Shown here: positions 59,798 to 64,000 of the stretch, in pieces
Layout: the number at the start of each line of letters is the position of its first letter
How positions within the stretch are numbered: position 1 is the first letter of the stretch
Assembly: GCA_949292105.1 (NCBI GenBank)
Contig: CASEYK010000016.1
Coordinates: 9,256 to 73,255, forward strand
Length of the DNA stretch: 64,000 bases
Direction of reading: 5' to 3'
DNA from: an uncultured bacterium
GTDB taxonomy: Bacteria > Bacillota_I > Bacilli_A > RFN20 > CAG-826
Position numbers and translations under genes: made by a program
Notes under the pieces: model-generated
The model's database searches: none
What the model saw: the letters and a program-made list of their open reading frames with translations, nothing else
Told to the model about the DNA's origin: nothing

Positions 59798-60754
59798 ATG
59801 GGAAAAACAATTGTCGATATCGCAAAGATTGCGAATGTTAGCAAATCGACCGTATCTAGATATTTGAACAATGGATATGTGTCGAAAGAAGCTCAAGAGA
59901 GAATCAAACAAGCGATTGAATCAGAAAATTATGAGCAGAATTCATTTGGAAGAATGCTCAAACTGAATCGCTCCTTTGCTATCGCTTTATGCGTGCCGAT
60001 GATTTCCCATCCTTTTTTCGCAAAAATCACTGAAGAAATTGAAAACTGCGCATATGAATTTGGCTATAAACTGCTAGTCACTGATTCAGATAATAATCGT
60101 GCTAGAGAAGAAGAATTTATTCGTATGGTTTATAAAAATCAGGTCGATGGTATTATTTTTATCACTCATAACAAGTACGAATGTTTTGATTCTTCCTTAC
60201 CAATTGTTACAATTGATCGTCTATTTGGCGATAATGTCCCATGCATCACTTCTGATAATTACAACGCTACATATAACGCTATTAAATATCTCTTTGAAAA
60301 GGGATGCCACAATATTGGTTTTATCGGAGGCAGACCCCTTGTTAATTCAGAAGTGCTAGAACGATATCATGCTTATCTTGATGCTTGCAAAGATTTTGGT
60401 TTGCAGACATATGTCTCTTATGGAGATTTTAGGCATGGTGAAGAATACACTCATTCCAATGAATTTTTGCATAAGTATACAAATTTAGATGCCGTGTTTG
60501 CTACCTCTGATACATTTGGTTTTACAATTTATCGCGTGGCTACCGAAATGAAATATCCACAGCAATTAAAAATTATTACTTACGACGGCTGTATGAGCGA
60601 TTGGATTCAAAATCCAGCTTTTACAACCATCCGTCAAGATTTGAAAAGTATGGCTTTTAAAGTCGTGGATACTTTAATTAAAAGAATCAACAAAAAACAA
60701 GTTGAAAGCAAAATTGTTGTGCCAACCGAATTCATTATTGGAGAAACTACATAA
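59798..60754 (+). CDS. LacI-family transcriptional regulator (likely sucrose/fructan operon repressor)
   Basis: N-terminal HTH TIVDIAKIANVSKSTVSRYLNN, plus a periplasmic-binding-protein-like sugar-binding domain. Confidence 0.8.
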   Translation: MGKTIVDIAKIANVSKSTVSRYLNNGYVSKEAQERIKQAIESENYEQNSFGRMLKLNRSFAIALCVPMISHPFFAKITEEIENCAYEFGYKLLVTDSDNNRAREEEFIRMVYKNQVDGIIFITHNKYECFDSSLPIVTIDRLFGDNVPCITSDNYNATYNAIKYLFEKGCHNIGFIGGRPLVNSEVLERYHAYLDACKDFGLQTYVSYGDFRHGEEYTHSNEFLHKYTNLDAVFATSDTFGFTIYRVATEMKYPQQLKIITYDGCMSDWIQNPAFTTIRQDLKSMAFKVVDTLIKRINKKQVESKIVVPTEFIIGETT

Positions 60755-61680
60755 TGATTTTAATCGTCGGTGAAATATTGATGGATGTTTTTAAAGAACA
60801 TAACAATGTTGAGTCCCACCCAGGTGGAGCCCCTTTCAATGTTGCTTGCAATGTTGCTTTTTTTGGTGGCGATGTTGCTTTCTATGGATGCGTTGGCAAC
60901 GATGACTATGGAAACCAATTATATGAATTCTCAAAAACAATAGCTTTAAAAAAGAATTTGGTTCAACGACTAGGAAAGCACCATACAACTGTTGCGCTCG
61001 TCAGTTTAAATCAAGGTGAAAGATCATTTCGTTTTTTAAGAGATGACGGCACTGATTATCAATTTGATTTTGAAAAATTCAAAACAATTGACTTAAGCGA
61101 AATTAATATTGTCCATTTCGGTTCTTTAATGCTATCACATCAGTCTGGACGAGAATTTTTAAACAAAGCAATTGAATATTTACGTCAATTCCCTCATATT
61201 CAAATTTCATTTGATGTAAACTATCGCGATGATATTTTTGAAGACACTAATTCTAAATCGTTTTATTTAAATGTTATTGAGAAATCCGATTTGGTTAAAA
61301 TTAGCGAAGATGAAGTTCACTTTTTATCAGGATGTTCATCGATAGAAGAAGGTTTAAATCAAATTTTTCATTCACGACAGCATGTTTTTTTATCACTTGG
61401 TCAAGAAGGTTCATGCTATTACCACGAACAGAAACTTATAAAAGCAAAAACAATTAAAGTTCGCCCAGTTGATACGACAGGCGCTGGTGATAGTTTTTAT
61501 TCCTACATTTTGTACTGTTTGAATAAGGATAAGAATATTTTATTGGATACCATCAAGATTCAAAACATGTTGGAATGTGCAAATATTGTCGGTGCGTATG
61601 CTACAACAAAAAAAGGCGCTATTGGTGTTGTACCATCAGTAGATGTAATAGTGGAAATCCAAAAAAATGAAAAGAAATAG
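60754..61680 (+). CDS. PfkB-family fructokinase
   Basis: N-terminal LIVGEILMDVF...GGAPFNVA and the C-terminal DTTGAGDSF anion hole. Sits in a GH32 locus. Confidence 0.75.
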   Translation: MILIVGEILMDVFKEHNNVESHPGGAPFNVACNVAFFGGDVAFYGCVGNDDYGNQLYEFSKTIALKKNLVQRLGKHHTTVALVSLNQGERSFRFLRDDGTDYQFDFEKFKTIDLSEINIVHFGSLMLSHQSGREFLNKAIEYLRQFPHIQISFDVNYRDDIFEDTNSKSFYLNVIEKSDLVKISEDEVHFLSGCSSIEEGLNQIFHSRQHVFLSLGQEGSCYYHEQKLIKAKTIKVRPVDTTGAGDSFYSYILYCLNKDKNILLDTIKIQNMLECANIVGAYATTKKGAIGVVPSVDVIVEIQKNEKK

Positions 61681-62566
61681 TTTATATAATTTTTTCAATA
61701 AAAATAATGATAAGCCAAATTCCGATCGACTCCCATCAAATCGCTTTAAAGCTTATTTTGATATTCTTCGCAATCGATTTGGAAAAGTTGTTTTGCTCTC
61801 ACTCATTACAACTATTTTCTTTTTGCCACTGATTATCTTTTCGTTTTTTTGGAATGTTTACAGCAATTATTCTATTGAACAATTTGCCGTCGAAAACTCT
61901 GATCAAACTCTTATTTTATTTCAGAAATTTTCTCTTATTTCTATGCAATATTTATTTTCTATACCTCTTTTTATCATTGGCTTTATTGGCTTGGGAGGTA
62001 CTTTTTATGTCAGCAAGAAAATGGTGTTTCAAGAAGGAGATATTTTCCTGTGGAGCGATTTTTTCTCTGGCGTTAAGTCAAATATTAAATCATCCTTATT
62101 GAGCGGTGTATGTTTTTCTGTTTATCTATTAATTTACTTTATGAATATCTATTTTTATCCGATTGTTAGCGAAATTCCGTTTGCTGTTAAAATCATCCTT
62201 ATTATTTTACTGAGCATTATATTGGTTTTTGTTACTAGTTTTTGCTTATTTGTTCTCGCTAGTGCATCTATTTATCAGTTCAAATTTGTACCAACAGTTA
62301 AAAACAACGCTCTTTTAGCAGCTATCTTATTTCCAACGAATATTTTGATGTGCCTTCTCAGCCTCTTCTTTTTTATTGGTGCATTTTTATTGCCATACAT
62401 TATTATTCAAAGCATATTTTTATTGCTTATCATTTTATTTGGTTTTTCACATCTTGCTATTTCATTTAATCTTTATGCATTCAAAATGTTTGATAAACAT
62501 ATCAATATTCGGTATTCTCAAGAACTTACCGACAAAGGTTTAGATAAAGGCCAAAAGGAGGAATAA
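61667..62566 (+). CDS. DUF624/YesL-like integral membrane protein (sugar-operon associated)
   Basis: The N-terminus (..LYNFFNK..RF...FDILRNRFGKVVLLSLI..) and the 5-6 TM layout resemble the YesL family commonly linked to carbohydrate ABC operons. Confidence 0.45.
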   Translation: MKRNSLYNFFNKNNDKPNSDRLPSNRFKAYFDILRNRFGKVVLLSLITTIFFLPLIIFSFFWNVYSNYSIEQFAVENSDQTLILFQKFSLISMQYLFSIPLFIIGFIGLGGTFYVSKKMVFQEGDIFLWSDFFSGVKSNIKSSLLSGVCFSVYLLIYFMNIYFYPIVSEIPFAVKIILIILLSIILVFVTSFCLFVLASASIYQFKFVPTVKNNALLAAILFPTNILMCLLSLFFFIGAFLLPYIIIQSIFLLLIILFGFSHLAISFNLYAFKMFDKHINIRYSQELTDKGLDKGQKEE

Positions 62567-62569
62567 TTT

Positions 62570-64000
62570 ATGGCTAGTTTAAAGTTTGAACATATCTATA
62601 AAGTTTATGATGGAGGAGTAAAAGCGGTCTCTGACTTGAACTTGACAATCGACGATAATGAGTTTGTTGTTTTTGTCGGTCCTTCTGGATGTGGCAAATC
62701 AACAACGCTTCGTATGATTGCCGGCTTGGAAGAAATTACGTCTGGCAATTTATACATAGATGGCAAAGTAGTAAATGATTTGTCACCAAAGGATCGCGAT
62801 ATAACGATGGTCTTTCAAAATTATGCCCTCTATCCTCATATGACGGTTTATGACAATATGGCCTTTGGACTAAAAATGGCTAAAGTGCCAAAAGAAGAAA
62901 TTAAAAAGCGAATTGAAAATGCAGCTGAGATTTTGGGGTTAACACCTTATCTTTCAAGAAAACCAACAGCCCTTTCTGGTGGTCAAAGACAAAGAGTAGC
63001 GCTTGGTAGAAGCATCGTTCGTGAACCTAAGGTATTTTTGCTCGATGAGCCTCTTTCTAATCTTGATGCAAAGTTACGAGTTTCGATGCGCAGCGAAATA
63101 ACGAAATTGCATCGTAGACTTCAAACAACCTTTGTCTATGTCACGCACGATCAAACAGAAGCTATGACGATGGGAACAAAAATAGTGGTGATGAAAAACG
63201 GAATTGTTCAGCAAGTTGATACACCAACCAATCTTTATGACCACCCCGCTAATGTTTTTGTTGCTACCTTTTTAGGCTCCCCACAAATGAATTTATTTGA
63301 TGCTAAACTTGAGCAAGATGGTAACGACTATTATGCTGTTATCACCAAAAATGATTCTAAATTTAAAACCAAAATTCATATCAGCACTATACACCAACTC
63401 ATTTCGTATAGTTATATTGGCAAAGATATTATATTAGGAATTCGACCTGAAGAGATATTTGATGTCGATGAAAATGAAGAAGACGCCGTCCCAGTCATCA
63501 TTGATGTCATTGAGAAGTTAGGAAGCGAAATTGTTTGTTACTGCCAAATCGAAAACACTGATATTTCGTTGGTTGTTAAATTAGATGGGCGAAAGGAAGT
63601 TCGCGAAGGCGATAAGATTTTTGTAAAATTCCATACGAGACATGTTCATCTTTTTGATAAAGACAGCGAAAAAAGAATTTCTGGTATCTCAAACGATAAC
63701 TATATCAAGGCAACATTGAACTATGACAAATCTAATATTCAGTTTGCCGACAAAACTATCGAGATAAGCGAAGAAACTAAAACCAAAATTCTTCCCGAAT
63801 TTAGAAAAGATTGTCATATTTTGATGAAAATACCGACCAATAGTTTTAAGTTGAAATCTGAAACGGATACCGATATTGCTTTTGAAGGCAAGATCGAAAT
63901 TGTCGAGCAGAGTAAAGAACAAACTTTAGTTTATATTTCGATGCCACATAAGAAGTCATACATTGGTGTTAAACTGCATAAACATGATTATCAAGAAGGC
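62570..64000 (+). CDS. Sugar ABC transporter ATPase, MsmK/MalK-type, with an extended C-terminal regulatory region (3' end beyond the window)
   Basis: AAGGAGG SD 8 nt upstream. Walker A GPSGCGKST, Q-loop, signature LSGGQRQRVALGR, Walker B VFLLDEPLSNLD, H-loop. The frame stays open to the window end (>476 aa), so it is longer than a typical MalK. Confidence 0.85.
   Translation, partial: MASLKFEHIYKVYDGGVKAVSDLNLTIDDNEFVVFVGPSGCGKSTTLRMIAGLEEITSGNLYIDGKVVNDLSPKDRDITMVFQNYALYPHMTVYDNMAFGLKMAKVPKEEIKKRIENAAEILGLTPYLSRKPTALSGGQRQRVALGRSIVREPKVFLLDEPLSNLDAKLRVSMRSEITKLHRRLQTTFVYVTHDQTEAMTMGTKIVVMKNGIVQQVDTPTNLYDHPANVFVATFLGSPQMNLFDAKLEQDGNDYYAVITKNDSKFKTKIHISTIHQLISYSYIGKDIILGIRPEEIFDVDENEEDAVPVIIDVIEKLGSEIVCYCQIENTDISLVVKLDGRKEVREGDKIFVKFHTRHVHLFDKDSEKRISGISNDNYIKATLNYDKSNIQFADKTIEISEETKTKILPEFRKDCHILMKIPTNSFKLKSETDTDIAFEGKIEIVEQSKEQTLVYISMPHKKSYIGVKLHKHDYQEG

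Noticed and set aside
63689-63922. 77-aa minus-strand ORF near the window end
   Set aside because: It lies antisense within the open reading frame of the MsmK-type ATPase, which continues to nt 64000. Artefact.

Overview
This window reads as a low-GC, standard-code chromosome segment from an anaerobic Firmicutes/Erysipelotrichia- or Acholeplasma-like organism. Nearly all genes are on the + strand, and TGA functions as a stop (e.g. hydC/hydB ATGA overlap), so code 4 can be excluded. The content is mostly housekeeping, with no mobile elements, no CRISPR array and no rRNA genes.

**Gene content in order:**
- The 3' end of a degV-family gene.
- A DUF3810-like HExxH membrane protein.
- A 46-aa rubredoxin that the ORF track missed.
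- A heterodimeric ABC exporter pair.
- A zinc phospholipase-C-like protein, an HExxH metalloprotease lipoprotein, a hypothetical protein and a divergent prs.
- A queuosine salvage cluster: candidate preQ1 riboswitch, queT, a flavodiiron-rubredoxin fusion, tgt, queA, queH.
- The contiguous S10-spc-alpha ribosomal super-operon (rpsJ to rplQ, including secY, adk, map, infA, rpmJ and rpoA). It lacks rpmD, and several r-proteins carry Lys/Ala/Pro/Glu-rich extensions.
- preT-preA (NAD-dependent dihydropyrimidine dehydrogenase).
- hydC-hydB-hydA, a trimeric electron-bifurcating-type [FeFe] hydrogenase.
- cysS, rlmB and a SigH-like sigma factor.
- ecfA1-ecfA2-ecfT-truA, a YebC-family regulator, and a convergent HI0933-like flavoprotein.
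- rplM-rpsI.
- Four tRNAs: Ile-GAU, Val-CAC, Thr-UGU, Leu-UAG.
- A large fructan/sucrose utilization locus that runs past the window end (>17 kb, 46.6 kb onward).

**Main hunt result:** the fructan locus. It holds a solute-binding lipoprotein, two permeases, three GH32 enzymes (two surface lipoproteins, one cytoplasmic), a non-catalytic lipoprotein built from three tandem copies of an uncharacterised CBM-like beta-sandwich module, a membrane-anchored protein with two more copies, a LacI regulator, a fructokinase, a DUF624 protein and an MsmK-type ATPase. This is a Gram-positive, PUL-like surface fructan capture system organised around a recurring module that has not been characterised.

**Secondary observations:** a candidate preQ1-I riboswitch upstream of queT, the r-protein tail extensions, a possible leaderless ecfA1, an asymmetric degenerate ABC heterodimer, and a yebC terminator hairpin embedded in the convergent gene's coding sequence.
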